Positions 44,229 through 54,849 are shown, counted from the stretch's first letter. The stretch is DNA of 64,000 bases from an uncultured Clostridia bacterium (GCA_947628215.1 CANQYZ010000006.1:2924-66923), one strand, 5' to 3'. The notes: generated by a model not told the origin, from the letters alone. Translations and numbers: made by a program.

Positions 44229-44708
44229 CTATTTTTTTATAGCTAATATCTTAAACTTCATTTCTCCAGCAGGAGCTTCTACTGTAACAATGTCATTTTT
44301 CTTTGTTCCAAGTAAAGCTGCTCCAATAGGAGACTCATTTGAAATTTTATTTTGAGCTAAATCAACTTCTGTAGAACCAACTATTGTATATTCAATATCT
44401 TCATCAAATTCCATATCATGAACTTTTACAATATTTCCTATTTGTACAGTTTTAGTATCTACTTCTGAATCATCAATGATTTTAGCATATCTTAATTTAT
44501 TTTCTAATTCTGCAATTTTATTTTCATTTGCTGCTTGTGCATTCTTAGCTTCGTCGTATTCAGAGTTCTCTGATAAATCGCCGAAACCTAAAGCTACTCT
44601 AATTCTCTCTGCAATTTCTGCTCTTTTTTCTGTTTTAAGAAATTCAACTTCCTTTTCTAAATTATCATAACCTTCTTGAGTTAATAATATTTCCTTGTTC
44701 TCATCCAT
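44229..44708 (-). CDS. greA: transcription elongation factor GreA
   Basis: Coiled-coil N-terminus and a C-terminal SPIGAALLG motif. Confidence 0.95.
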   Translation of the reverse strand: MDENKEILLTQEGYDNLEKEVEFLKTEKRAEIAERIRVALGFGDLSENSEYDEAKNAQAANENKIAELENKLRYAKIIDDSEVDTKTVQIGNIVKVHDMEFDEDIEYTIVGSTEVDLAQNKISNESPIGAALLGTKKNDIVTVEAPAGEMKFKILAIKK

Positions 44709-44762
44709 ATTATCAGGCTCCTTCCTTAAAATGTTTTTTTAACGCTTTCTATATTACGATTT

Positions 44763-45815
44763 TTATTTAATTTTGTCAAGAGCTTTAGCTCTTTTTTTTA
44801 ACACATCTGTTTGCGAAGTTATTTTTTTATGTGCATTTAATATTTCTTTTCCTTTTATTTTGTCTTTATTTCCTATAAAATATCTAATACTTATGCCATC
44901 CTTTTTTATTTTTGAAATACTTTCATTAATACTCATATTTAAGTCTAAAATAATACTTTCATAAATAATACATATATCAAAATTACTTAAAGCTTTGAAA
45001 ATCCTTTTATACCTTTCTATTTTATATATCATATAATTTGTTATATTTACTCCTAAAAAGTCATTTGAATAGTATTTTATGGCTTCTCCTATATTAAAAA
45101 TAACACAACATCTTGGAATAACACATTTTGAAAAATTTTCTGCTATAAAGTCATAATTTATAATGATGTCTGATTTTTCTAAAGCTTTAATTTTATTAGT
45201 AGTAACATTTACTATAATTCCATATTCTCTTTTCATCTCTTCTTGAAGAATATCAAATTGCTTTATATTATTTGTAATAATATTTACTACTCTACATTTT
45301 TTTATAATATTTTTTATATTTATAAGTCTTGCTTCTGTTTTATTATTTATTAAAATAGAAATTTCATATTTTTCTAATTTTTCTTTTTGTACTTCTGCTA
45401 CATATTCTACCATTTTATATACTAAAAGCTCATATAAATATTTTCCATCTAATATATTTAATGAATTACTATATAATATGTTTTTTACATATTGATTATT
45501 ATTTAGAGAATTTGAAAGCACAATATTTTTGTAATGGTAATTTTTTATACACTTTATTATTCTTTTTAAATTAAATTTATTTTTTTCTTTAGATACTATG
45601 TATATTAAATTTATAATTATCCCATCACTTTCTATTTTTATTACCTTTTTTATTGTTTTATGAAATATGCTCATATAAAAAAATATTATTTCATAAATCA
45701 TTTTCTTTATAAATTTTAGATTATTTATCTTTTTAAAAAATAGATTTTTATCTTTCAAAACTCTATTTAGTTTTTCTAAATTTGTTATGTCATCAATATA
45801 TATCAAACAAATCAC
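44763..45815 (-). CDS. hypothetical protein (~350 aa, very Ile/Lys/Asn-rich)
   Basis: Long ORF. The start is uncertain because GTG 45815 overlaps its own RBS. Confidence 0.45.
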   Translation of the reverse strand: MICLIYIDDITNLEKLNRVLKDKNLFFKKINNLKFIKKMIYEIIFFYMSIFHKTIKKVIKIESDGIIINLIYIVSKEKNKFNLKRIIKCIKNYHYKNIVLSNSLNNNQYVKNILYSNSLNILDGKYLYELLVYKMVEYVAEVQKEKLEKYEISILINNKTEARLINIKNIIKKCRVVNIITNNIKQFDILQEEMKREYGIIVNVTTNKIKALEKSDIIINYDFIAENFSKCVIPRCCVIFNIGEAIKYYSNDFLGVNITNYMIYKIERYKRIFKALSNFDICIIYESIILDLNMSINESISKIKKDGISIRYFIGNKDKIKGKEILNAHKKITSQTDVLKKRAKALDKIK

Positions 45816-45856
45816 CCTCTATTTATATGTATATGAGGATGATTTATTTTTTATTC

Positions 45857-47619
45857 TTATTTTTTTATATCAAGTTTAATATGAATCTCATCTAATTGTT
45901 TTTTAGTAACTTCTCCTGGTGCATTCATAAGTAAATCTTGTGCTTTACTATTCATTGGAAAAGCAACTACTTCTCTTATTGACTCTTCTCCTGTAAGCAT
46001 CATTATCATTCTATCAATACCTGGTGCTATTCCTGCATGAGGAGGAGCTCCATATTGAAATGCATTAAATAATGCTGAGAATTTCTTATCAATTACTTCT
46101 TTGCTATATCCTGCTTTTTCAAATGCTTTAATCATAATTTCCGGATCATGGTTTCTAACTGCTCCTGAAGATAATTCTATTCCATTACATACTATATCAT
46201 ATTGATATGCTAGAATATCTAATGGATTTTTAGTTTCTAGAGCTTCTAATCCTCCTTGTGGCATTGAAAATGGGTTATGTCCAAATTCTATTTTTCCATT
46301 ATCTACTCTTTCATACATTGGAAAATCAACTATCCAACAGAATTTATAAATGTTTTCATCAATAAGTCCAAGTCTTTTTCCAAGTTCTGCTCTAATTTCT
46401 CCAGCAAGCTTTTCTACTATTCCTTCATGCTCTGCTATAAAGAATATTGCATCTCCTGCGTTAGTGTTTGTTCTTCTTAGCATCTCTTCTCTTTCTTCAT
46501 CACCAATAAATTTTGCAATTGGTCCTTGAAGAGTTCTATCATCATTTACTTTAAGCCATGCTAATCCTTTTGCTTTACATTCATTTATAGCAAAATCAGT
46601 CATTCCTTCAAAAAGTGTTCTTGATTCTGATGCACCTTTTGGTACTGATATAATTCTTACTATCTTTCCATTAAATACTTTTAAATCTACTCTTTCAAAT
46701 ATGTCTGTTACATCTTGTATAATAAGCGGATTTCTTAAATCTGGTTTATCTGTTCCATATTTTAACATTGCTTCTTTATATGGAATTCTTGGGAATGGAT
46801 GCTCAGCAATTTTCTTTTTTGAAAACTCTTTAAAAGTGTTATATAAAACTTCCTCCATTACCTCAAATACATCTTCTTGATTTGCAAAAGCCATCTCCAT
46901 ATCAAGTTGATAAAATTCTCCGTGGAGATCTATCTGCTCTTGAATCTTCATCTCTAAAGCATGGTGCTATTTGAAAATATTTGTCTATTCCTGAAACCAT
47001 AAGTAATTGCTTAAATTGTTGAGGTGCTTGTGGAAGTGCATAAAATTTTCCGTGGGTATATTCTACTTGGTACTAAATAATCTCTTGCACCTTCTGGTGA
47101 TGAACTTGTAAGTATTGGTGTTTGTACTTCTAAGAATCCTCTTTTTATCATTTCATTTCTTAAAAATTGAATAACTTTTGCTCTTAGAATAATATTATCT
47201 CTACATTTTGGATTTCTTAAATCTAAATACCTATATTCAAGTCTTAAGTCTTCTCTAACATCTCTACTATTTTCAATTTCAAAAGGAAGACTCTTTGTTC
47301 TTTTTCCTAAAATTTCATATTTTTCTACAAATAGTTCAACAGTACCAGTTTCTATATTTCTATTTACTGTTTCTTCATCTCTTAATCTTACTTTTCCCTC
47401 AAATGATACAGTTGATTCAATTGGTATTCTTGAAATTTCATCAACTAATTTTTCATTTCCTGATGCTACAACTTGAGTAATTCCATATTCATCTCTTAAA
47501 TCAATAAAAATTACTCCTCCTAAATCTCTAATTGTTTGAATCCATCCTGCAAGCTTAATTTTTTCTCCTACGTGTTTTTCTCTTAATTCTCCGCACGTAT
47601 AAGTTCTGTACTCTAACAT
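45857..47619 (-). CDS. aspS: aspartate--tRNA ligase, frame interrupted at C-GGA 47052 and 46922
   Basis: The junctions read [63 protein letters not shown]. The segment between the sites is 129 nt. Repaired length is 1761 nt. Confidence 0.9.
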
Positions 47620-47654
47620 ATCTATCTCTCCTTTTTATTTATTTGGGATAAAGA

Positions 47655-47886
47655 TAAACAAAAAATCTTTCATCCCTATAAAAGGGACGAAAGATTAACT
47701 TCCGCGGTACCACCCTAATTGGAAATAAATTCCCACTTTAAAGTATTTGCTCCAATGTGTTTCATAATAGTACTATTTTAAATGCTTTCAGCCTATGGCA
47801 TTTATTCTCTAATAAATAGTAATTTTTCTATTACTTTTCATCTTCATAGCAATATAAAATTAAATAGCTGTTTTTTCATCAGCTAC
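47655..47886 (-). promoter_or_regulatory. T-box leader of aspS
   Basis: The minus strand carries GCTATGAAGATGAAAAGTA, AGAGA, GGCTGAAAGC and the T-box ATTAGGGTGGTACCGCGG, then the terminator TCTTTCGTCCCTTTTATAGGGATGAAAGATTTTTT. The promoter TTGACA-N17-TAAAAT is at 47921..47893. Confidence 0.85.
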
Positions 47887-47931
47887 CTATATATTTTAAA
47901 CTAGTTTTCTCAATTTGTCAATTTTTTATAT

Positions 47932-47969
47932 AAAAAAAGCCAGGGTCTGCAAAGAGCAAACCCCAGCGT
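47932..47969 (-). terminator. terminator of GC-rich cassette 4
   Basis: Minus strand reads GCTGGGGTTTGC-TCTT-TGCAGACCCTGGC followed by TTTTTTT. Confidence 0.6.
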
Positions 47970-48019
47970 AGTCATTGTTAGTAGGTTACTTATCCTGGGA
48001 ATCCCTTTTTATTAGGGGC

Positions 48020-48352
48020 TCAGGACATGGCGACGTGAACGGAACTCACAGTCCCGCAGTTACCGAGGAATTCCTTCTTCTCGGCAACCGAGGCGAACCA
48101 GAGGCTCACCTCTACACGATAACGCGAGCCATCCTTCTTGTATTGGACCTTGATGGTCTCAATGTCGCGGCCTTCGAGGGCATCCTTCAGGGTGTGGTAG
48201 GTCTTGCCCTTCATGACCTTGTTTTGGAAGAAGAACTCCACCAACGCGTCAGCGCTCAGACCCTTGGGGACCCGCTTATGCACCTTGGTGTAGAAGCTGA
48301 TCACCAGCTTCTTCTCGCTCGTCGTCTTAGTCGTCGTCTTGGTTTCTAACAT
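48020..48352 (-). CDS. orphan protein (110 aa) in GC-rich cassette 4
   Basis: AGGAGGG RBS. G/C-ending codons dominate. Own promoter and terminator. One in-frame CGG. Confidence 0.7.
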   Translation of the reverse strand: MLETKTTTKTTSEKKLVISFYTKVHKRVPKGLSADALVEFFFQNKVMKGKTYHTLKDALEGRDIETIKVQYKKDGSRYRVEVSLWFASVAEKKEFLGNCGTVSSVHVAMS

Positions 48353-48463
48353 GCCTTTTTTCCCTCCTGTGTGTAGGAATTATATTATAAAAAAACACCA
48401 AGAGGGCGATACCTCCTGATATTTTTTTACCAAAAGGTATCAGTTACAGAGTAACTAAAAATT

Positions 48464-48492
48464 ATTATAGCATTGTTTACATAATTTTTCAA
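48464..48492 (-). promoter_or_regulatory. promoter of cassette 4 (TTGAAA-N17-TGcTATAAT)
   Basis: Read on the minus strand. Followed by a hairpin-rich leader of about 100 nt. Confidence 0.55.
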
Positions 48493-48518
48493 TACCTTTT
48501 TTATGTTTTCTTTTATTT

Positions 48519-49649
48519 TTAATAATTAAACCATAATCCTTGTTCTTTTAATTCGCTTATAATCTGCTCGTGTTCTGCATTTGTAGATGAAAAATAAACT
48601 TTTTTATTTTTATCAGCTACAAAGAATAAATAATCTGATTCATCTGGATTACAAGTTGCTTCGATTGATTCTTCACTAATACTAGATATAGGTCCAATAG
48701 GAAGTTTTCCTTCCATGTTAGGTCCCCTAGTATTATATTTATTAAAAGTATTAAGTTCAGTTTTAGTTAAGTCTCTATCTCCCATATTTATTTTAAAAGC
48801 ATAATAAGTTGTAACATCACTTTGAAGTGCCATTTTTTTATCAATTCTATTTAAAAATACTCTTGCAATTCCTTGTCTATCAACTTTACTAACACCTTCA
48901 TTTTCAACAACAGAGGCTAGACTTAAAAATTGATGTACTGTTAGATTTGTAGCTTCTATTTCTGGTCTATATTCATCTAACACTTTTTCCATTTTATTCA
49001 TCATAATATTTATTATAGTTTCTATTTTTACATCTTTGCTTTCAAATATATATGTGTCAGGATATAAGTATCCTTCTAAAGGATAATAAATATCATCATC
49101 TAATATCTCATCTGTTAAGAACCAATATTTTCCGCTATCTACTAATTCTTTAGCAAATTCTTTACTTTCAAATATTTCCATTACTTCTTCTTTAGTATGA
49201 TTTGTATTGCTTGCTATTATATCTGCAATTCCTCTCATATTTTTTCCTTCAGGAAACATTACTTTTATTTCTTTTACTATAACATTTCCATTTTGAAGTT
49301 CTTCTGTTATTTCTTTTACACTCATACTTTGACTTAATTCATATTCTCCAGCTTGCATATTAGTTACACTATTTAATTTACAATAAACTTTAAATACAAG
49401 TTCATCTTTAATTAAGTTATTACTTTTTAGTACTTTTGAAATTCCTTCTACTCCGCTTCCAGCTTCTATCGTAATTTGTGTTAATTCTTTGTTATTAGAA
49501 TTTACTGCCTTTAAAGATGAATTATAGTAATAATATACTCCAAAAAAAGCTGCAATAGTTATTGCAAGTAATATTATTAAAACAATAATACCAATTGGAA
49601 ATCCTCTTTTCTCTTTTTCTTCCATTTCAATTGCTTCTCTTCTACCCAT
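48519..49649 (-). CDS. mltG: endolytic murein transglycosylase MltG (YceG-like)
   Basis: N-terminal TM segment and YceG domain motifs (LASVVENE, YNTRGP..GKLPIGPISS). Confidence 0.85.
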   Translation of the reverse strand: MGRREAIEMEEKEKRGFPIGIIVLIILLAITIAAFFGVYYYYNSSLKAVNSNNKELTQITIEAGSGVEGISKVLKSNNLIKDELVFKVYCKLNSVTNMQAGEYELSQSMSVKEITEELQNGNVIVKEIKVMFPEGKNMRGIADIIASNTNHTKEEVMEIFESKEFAKELVDSGKYWFLTDEILDDDIYYPLEGYLYPDTYIFESKDVKIETIINIMMNKMEKVLDEYRPEIEATNLTVHQFLSLASVVENEGVSKVDRQGIARVFLNRIDKKMALQSDVTTYYAFKINMGDRDLTKTELNTFNKYNTRGPNMEGKLPIGPISSISEESIEATCNPDESDYLFFVADKNKKVYFSSTNAEHEQIISELKEQGLWFNY

Positions 49650-49670
49650 ATTACCCTCTTTTCTTTTTTA

Positions 49671-50703
49671 TTATTTTATTTCATTTACTATATTTTTTAA
49701 TTTTTCTGTATCTAAATTATTATCTTTTTCTACGATAAGAGAAATAGAATATTCATTTAAATATGGTCTAAGTTCAGTCAAAAACTTATAAAAGTTATCT
49801 TTATTTTCTATATTTTTAAAATCAACTTTTACGCCTTTTAATTTATTTTTTATCGCTGTTTCTACTATTTTAGATATAAATTCTTTTCTAGTATCATAAT
49901 TTTTTGTAATGCTGTCTATGCCATTTTCTACATCTTCATCTGCCAAAATAGAAACATTATCATCATCATCAGTTTTTATTTTTTGATTTAAAGCAAACTC
50001 TTCTCTTTCTACTTTCTCGTTTTTTACAAATTTTGTTTTTATATATCCAATATTTCCATCTGATGTTTTTACTTTTGTATACTTTTTATTTTTCTCTACT
50101 ATTGTAATTCTTTCATTTTGTTTTAAATCTTTTAAAGTAGTAGAAAAAAATGTTGGTTTATATTTTAATTTTGTTTTCTTAGAAACAGATGCTACTACTT
50201 TTTGTTTGTTTAAACAATCTAAATTAATAGTCTTGTTTTCATATTCTTCAACTTCAAGATTATATACAGATGTAACTTCTGAAATTGGTATATAAAAAAT
50301 ACCATTTTTATTTATAATATTATTTTTTACTTTTTTTGATGTGTTATTTATTTCTGCATTATTTTTTCCTTCTATCATTCTTAATATTTTGTTTCCAGAC
50401 ATTGATATTATTTCTGATTTATTTTCTGAATTTTCTTCTTTATAAGTTTTAGAGAATAAGTATGTATCAATATCTTCCGTAGATAAATATAGACTTCCGA
50501 TTTTCTATAAAAGCATCATATTTTAAAATAACATCATTACTATTTATTAAAACTTTAATCTTATCTGTATCTTTAGTAAAATTTTTAGCTAAGTTTAAAG
50601 CAAGTATAACTAAAATAAGTTCGATAAGAACTATCAATATTCTTTTGTATCTATATAAAAAACTAGTATTTTCTCTGTTTTTACTAACTCTTCTCCCTTT
50701 CAC
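49671..50703 (-). CDS. membrane-anchored hypothetical protein (SH3b-like plus GH18-like C-terminal fragment), frame interrupted at C-GGA 50499
   Basis: The junction reads DAFIEN-G-SLYLSTEDIDTYLF and runs in frame into ORF 49671..50402. Repaired length is 1032 nt. GTG 50703 after AGGAG. Confidence 0.5.
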
Positions 50704-50936
50704 AAAATCCACTCCTAAAAAATTATTGTAATCAGTATATCATAAAAATATAATTTCTTTAAATACAATTTTTGAGGTTTTTACAATTTTTTTCTACTTA
50801 TGGTAAAAATACTTTATGTTTACCACTTTTTTTCAAAAAAGCCTTTATTTAAAGGCTAATTTGTGTTATAATAATTATGTAATTTAAATTTTAGAATAAT
50901 TATACGTAAAACATATATATTTTTAGGAGGAAAAAT

Positions 50937-51923
50937 ATGGGAGGATTTATCTTTTTTATAATATTTGTTGTACTTCTTGGTTTTGTAGCATATCACACTA
51001 TAAAAATTGTAAAACAATCTGAAGTATATATAATTGAAAGACTTGGTAAATTTCATAAAGTAGCAGAAGCAGGACTTACTATCATAATTCCTTTTATTGA
51101 TAAAGTAAGATCAGTTGTAAGCTTAAAGCAACAAACAATGGATATACCACCACAAAGTGTTATCACTTCTGATAATGTTACAATTACAATTGATACTGTT
51201 GTATTTTATAAAATCATAGAACCAGCAAAAGCAGTATATGAAATCCAATCATTAAAAAAAGGTATTGAATATTTAACTATAACAACTATTCGTGATATAG
51301 TTGGTAAAATGGAACTTGATGAAACATTTAGTTCAAGAGATATGATTAATGATAGATTAAGAATTATACTAGATGAAGCAACTGATCAATGGGGTTGTAA
51401 AATAGATAGAGTTGAAATTAAAGATATTACTCCACCTGCAGACATTAGAGATGCAATGGAGAAACAGATGAACGCAGAAAGAAATAAAAGAGCTTTAATT
51501 CTTGAAGCTGAAGGTAAAAGACAATCTGCAATCACTATTGCTGAAGGTAGAAAAGAAGCTGCTATATTAGATGCTGAAGCTCAAAAAGAATCTACTATTA
51601 GAAAAGCTACTGGTGAAGCAGATGCAATAAAACAAGTTGCAGAAGCTAAAGCAAAAGAAATTCAACTTGTATATGATGCAATTAAAGACTCAGACCCAGA
51701 TGATAAATTAGTTCAATTAAAATCTTTAGAAGCTTTAAAAGAAGTTGCAAAAGGTGATGCAAATAAAATATTTATTCCATTTGAAGCTACTTCTGCTCTT
51801 GGAAGTTTAGGAGCTTTAAAAGATGTAGTAACAGATAAGAAAAATAAAAAATCAAAACAAGCAGAAGAACTTAAAGAACAACCTGTAGAAAAAAATACTA
51901 CTAATACAGAAAATCATGAATAA
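50937..51923 (+). CDS. SPFH/band 7 (stomatin-like) membrane protein
   Basis: N-terminal TM segment, SPFH core and an Ala/Glu-rich coiled coil. Confidence 0.85.
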   Translation: MGGFIFFIIFVVLLGFVAYHTIKIVKQSEVYIIERLGKFHKVAEAGLTIIIPFIDKVRSVVSLKQQTMDIPPQSVITSDNVTITIDTVVFYKIIEPAKAVYEIQSLKKGIEYLTITTIRDIVGKMELDETFSSRDMINDRLRIILDEATDQWGCKIDRVEIKDITPPADIRDAMEKQMNAERNKRALILEAEGKRQSAITIAEGRKEAAILDAEAQKESTIRKATGEADAIKQVAEAKAKEIQLVYDAIKDSDPDDKLVQLKSLEALKEVAKGDANKIFIPFEATSALGSLGALKDVVTDKKNKKSKQAEELKEQPVEKNTTNTENHE

Positions 51924-51970
51924 TAAAATTTAAACTTAAGATGTATGCTTTTTTTAGCATACATCTTTTT

Positions 51971-53111
51971 TTATCTATATCTTTTTACAATTTCTTCTAT
52001 AGAATCAACTAGATATTTCACATCTTCCACAGTATTATATTTTCCAAAAGTTATTCTTAAAGCAGATGAAGCAACACTTTCTGGAAATCCCATATTTAGT
52101 ATAACTTTTGAAGGCTTAATAAGTCCTGCACTACAAGCAGAACCGCTAGATGCACATATTCCTTTTTTGTTTAATAGTTCTACCATTTTAGAACCTTTTA
52201 TTCCAAGAAAAGAAATATTACTATTTCCAGGAAGTCTTTTATCTAAACTTCCATTTATATGAATATTATTAAATTTTTTTACTATTGCTTTAATATATAA
52301 GTTTCTTAAATAGGAAATTTTTCTCCTATGCTCTTCTAATTCTTCTTTGGCTAGAAAAATACTATATCCGAAGTCCTACTATTCCTGGTACATTTTCAGT
52401 TCCAGCTCTCTTTTCTCTTTCTTGGTGCCCTCCATCTTGGATTCTCATAAACGGAATTTTATTTCTAACATACAGAGCACCTACACCTTTAGGACCATAA
52501 AATTTATGTGCAGACATAGATAAGCTATCAATGTTTGATTTTTTTACATCTATATCAACATTTCCTACTGCTTGAACACAATCTGTATGAAAAATTATAT
52601 TATTTTTTCTTGCAATTTTTCCTATTTCATCTATAGGCTCTATTGTTCCTACTTCATTGTTAGCATACATTATAGAAATTAAAATAGTATCTTTTCTAAT
52701 TTTTCTTTCTAAATCTTCTAAAGAAATTAGACCTTCTTTATCAACATCAAGATACGTTATTTCAAATCCTTCTCTTTCTAAACTAGAACATGTCTCAAGC
52801 ACTGCTGGATGTTCTATTTTACTAGTTATAATATGCTTTCCTCTTGATTTATTTGCTCTCGCAATTCCCTTGATTGCTAAATTATCACTTTCACTTCCGC
52901 AGCTTGTAAAGTATATCTCCTCTGGAGAAGCATTTATGCTTTCGGCTACTTTACTTCTTGCTATATTTATAGCATCCCTGCTATTTTTTCCAAGATCATA
53001 TACAGAAGATGCATTACCAAACTCTATTCCAAAATAAGGAATCATTTTTCTTAAAACTCTATCATCTACAGGAGTTGTTGCAGCATAATCAAAATACATT
53101 ATTCTTTCCAT
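51971..53111 (-). CDS. cysteine desulfurase (NifS/IscS family), frame interrupted at C-GGA 52370
   Basis: MSAHKFYGPKG carries the PLP lysine. The junction reads ENVPGIVGL-G-YSIFLAKEE. C-terminal SSGSACS motif. Repaired length is 1140 nt. Confidence 0.85.
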
Positions 53112-53191
53112 TATTACCATTCCTTTTAGTTTTTAAAATAAAAATCTTTGTTACTTATAATCTATGATAATAAAACAAGTTTTGTGTTATT

Positions 53192-53587
53192 TTAAAAGAA
53201 ATTATTTAATTTAAAATCATGTTTATTTGATATATATGATAAATAAACCCTAATTCTTGATATACAATTTAAAGATTCTATTTTATTTTTATTTTTTACA
53301 TAACAATTTAAAGAATCCATTTCAGTTCCTACTTTTTCAAGTTCTTGATGTTCTATATAATAACTAAAAGTTTCTTCGTCTTTATTCCATTCTTCTTTTA
53401 TTTTGTCTACATCTTCTTTTAGTAAATCTACATCTATTATTTCTTTTTCATTTTCAAGCATTGTTTGTACTTTTATTAAATCATTATCTATATCTTTAAT
53501 CTTATTATCTGTAAAATTAGATGAAACCAAATCTGCTATTATAATTATAGCCAAGACTATTGTTGAAATTATTATTTCCTTTTTCAC
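53192..53587 (-). CDS. DUF4363-like small membrane-anchored protein
   Basis: Usual partner of the DUF421 gene immediately upstream. GTG start. Confidence 0.55.
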   Translation of the reverse strand: MKKEIIISTIVLAIIIIADLVSSNFTDNKIKDIDNDLIKVQTMLENEKEIIDVDLLKEDVDKIKEEWNKDEETFSYYIEHQELEKVGTEMDSLNCYVKNKNKIESLNCISRIRVYLSYISNKHDFKLNNFF

Positions 53588-54277
53588 TTATTTTCCTCTT
53601 TTCTTTGCTTTTTGCTTTTCTTGGAAAAAAATATTATCATTTCCATCTATTGTGACTATCAAAGCCTCTTCTGGTTTATATCCAAATTTTTCAGTCTGTT
53701 TTGAAAGCCACTTATAGTCTTTATTTATCTTTTTTAAATTATCTTCCATAACTATCCCATCTATTACTAAATCATAAGATATTCCTTGATACTCTTTATT
53801 TAGATTCATATCTTCAATTGTAACATTTTGTTTTTCTGGTTTTAGAATAACATTCACTTGACCTGATGTTTCTAAAATTGCATATTCAATATCTGATATA
53901 TTTACTACATTATTTCCTCTTAATCTTTCTTGAAGTTCATTTATTGTATATCTTTCTTTTATTAATTTTTGTTCATCTATTCTTCCTCTATAGATTAAAA
54001 TAGATGGCTTACCACATAAAATTTCTCTTGCTCTTATACTTTTAATATTTGAATATGCAATAATTAAATTCATAAATAAAAGGCCAAGTATTGGTATTAT
54101 TCCATGAGTAATTGGTATACCACTATCAGACATTGGTACAGTTGCTAAATCTGAGATCATAATTGCTATTGTAAATTCAAAAGGTTGCATTTGCCCTATT
54201 TCTCTTTTTCCCATTATTCTCATTACAACTAATATAAGAGAATATAAAATTATTGTTCTTACAAAAATAATTAACAT
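53588..54277 (-). CDS. DUF421 (YetF-like) membrane protein
   Basis: N-terminal TM helices and a MRIMGKREIGQMQPFE motif. Confidence 0.75.
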   Translation of the reverse strand: MLIIFVRTIILYSLILVVMRIMGKREIGQMQPFEFTIAIMISDLATVPMSDSGIPITHGIIPILGLLFMNLIIAYSNIKSIRAREILCGKPSILIYRGRIDEQKLIKERYTINELQERLRGNNVVNISDIEYAILETSGQVNVILKPEKQNVTIEDMNLNKEYQGISYDLVIDGIVMEDNLKKINKDYKWLSKQTEKFGYKPEEALIVTIDGNDNIFFQEKQKAKKRGK

Positions 54278-54474
54278 TTTCTTCCTCTTTATTTTTTATT
54301 TCTAATCATATTATTTTATTTTAAGTAAAAAATATTCTTAAAATCAAAAATAAATTTAAAAATAAAATTAAAAGAAAAAATTATGAATAAACAAAATATA
54401 TTTGTACATAATATAAACATAACCTGCATAATACACTTATATTTTTACTTTGTATGTAAGGAGGTTTTATAAAA

Positions 54475-54849
54475 ATGAATGATAATGATTCAAATGTACA
54501 GGGCGCTTCAATGGGAACTTGGGGACAAATCATTGGTAGACTTATAGCATCTGCTATTATACTTGCAGTAACAGCTTTTTTCACTCCAGGTTTTACTATA
54601 AATAATATATGGGCTTTAGGATTAGCTGCAATCGTTTTGTCTGTAATGGACTACTTAATAATAAAGTTCACAGGTTTACATGCTATGGCGTTTGGTAAAG
54701 GTTTTGTAGGATTTGTTTTAGCTGTAATTGTACTATATGCAACTCAATTCTTTGTAAGTGGTTACTCAATATCTTGGATGGCAGCAATAATTGGTGCCTT
54801 AATTTATGGAATAATAGATTACATGATTCCAGGAGAGCAAGGTATGTAA
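54475..54849 (+). CDS. small four-TM membrane protein (holin-4/DUF2512-like)
   Basis: AAGGAGG RBS. The protein is hydrophobic. The ORF is only mildly G+C-richer than neighbouring genes. Confidence 0.55.
   Translation: MNDNDSNVQGASMGTWGQIIGRLIASAIILAVTAFFTPGFTINNIWALGLAAIVLSVMDYLIIKFTGLHAMAFGKGFVGFVLAVIVLYATQFFVSGYSISWMAAIIGALIYGIIDYMIPGEQGM

Noticed and set aside
47975-48349. Plus-strand 124-aa ORF antisense to cassette 4. The same applies to 61258..61689(+) and 61337..61723(-) around cassette 5, and to 19324..19671(+) around cassette 2.
   Set aside because: These are antisense or out-of-frame shadow ORFs in G+C-rich DNA. They lack an RBS, and the flanking promoter and terminator orientation supports the other frame.
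50474-50480. Other plus-strand 'ccg' or sense 'CGG' strings. Examples are TCT-ACG-GAA at 50474-50480 and the many ATC-GGA, GAC-GGA, TTC-GGA, GGC-GGA, CCG-GTT and GCG-GGA junctions.
   Set aside because: In each of these the ORF reads straight through in one frame and CGG spans a codon boundary. They are native sequence, not shift sites.
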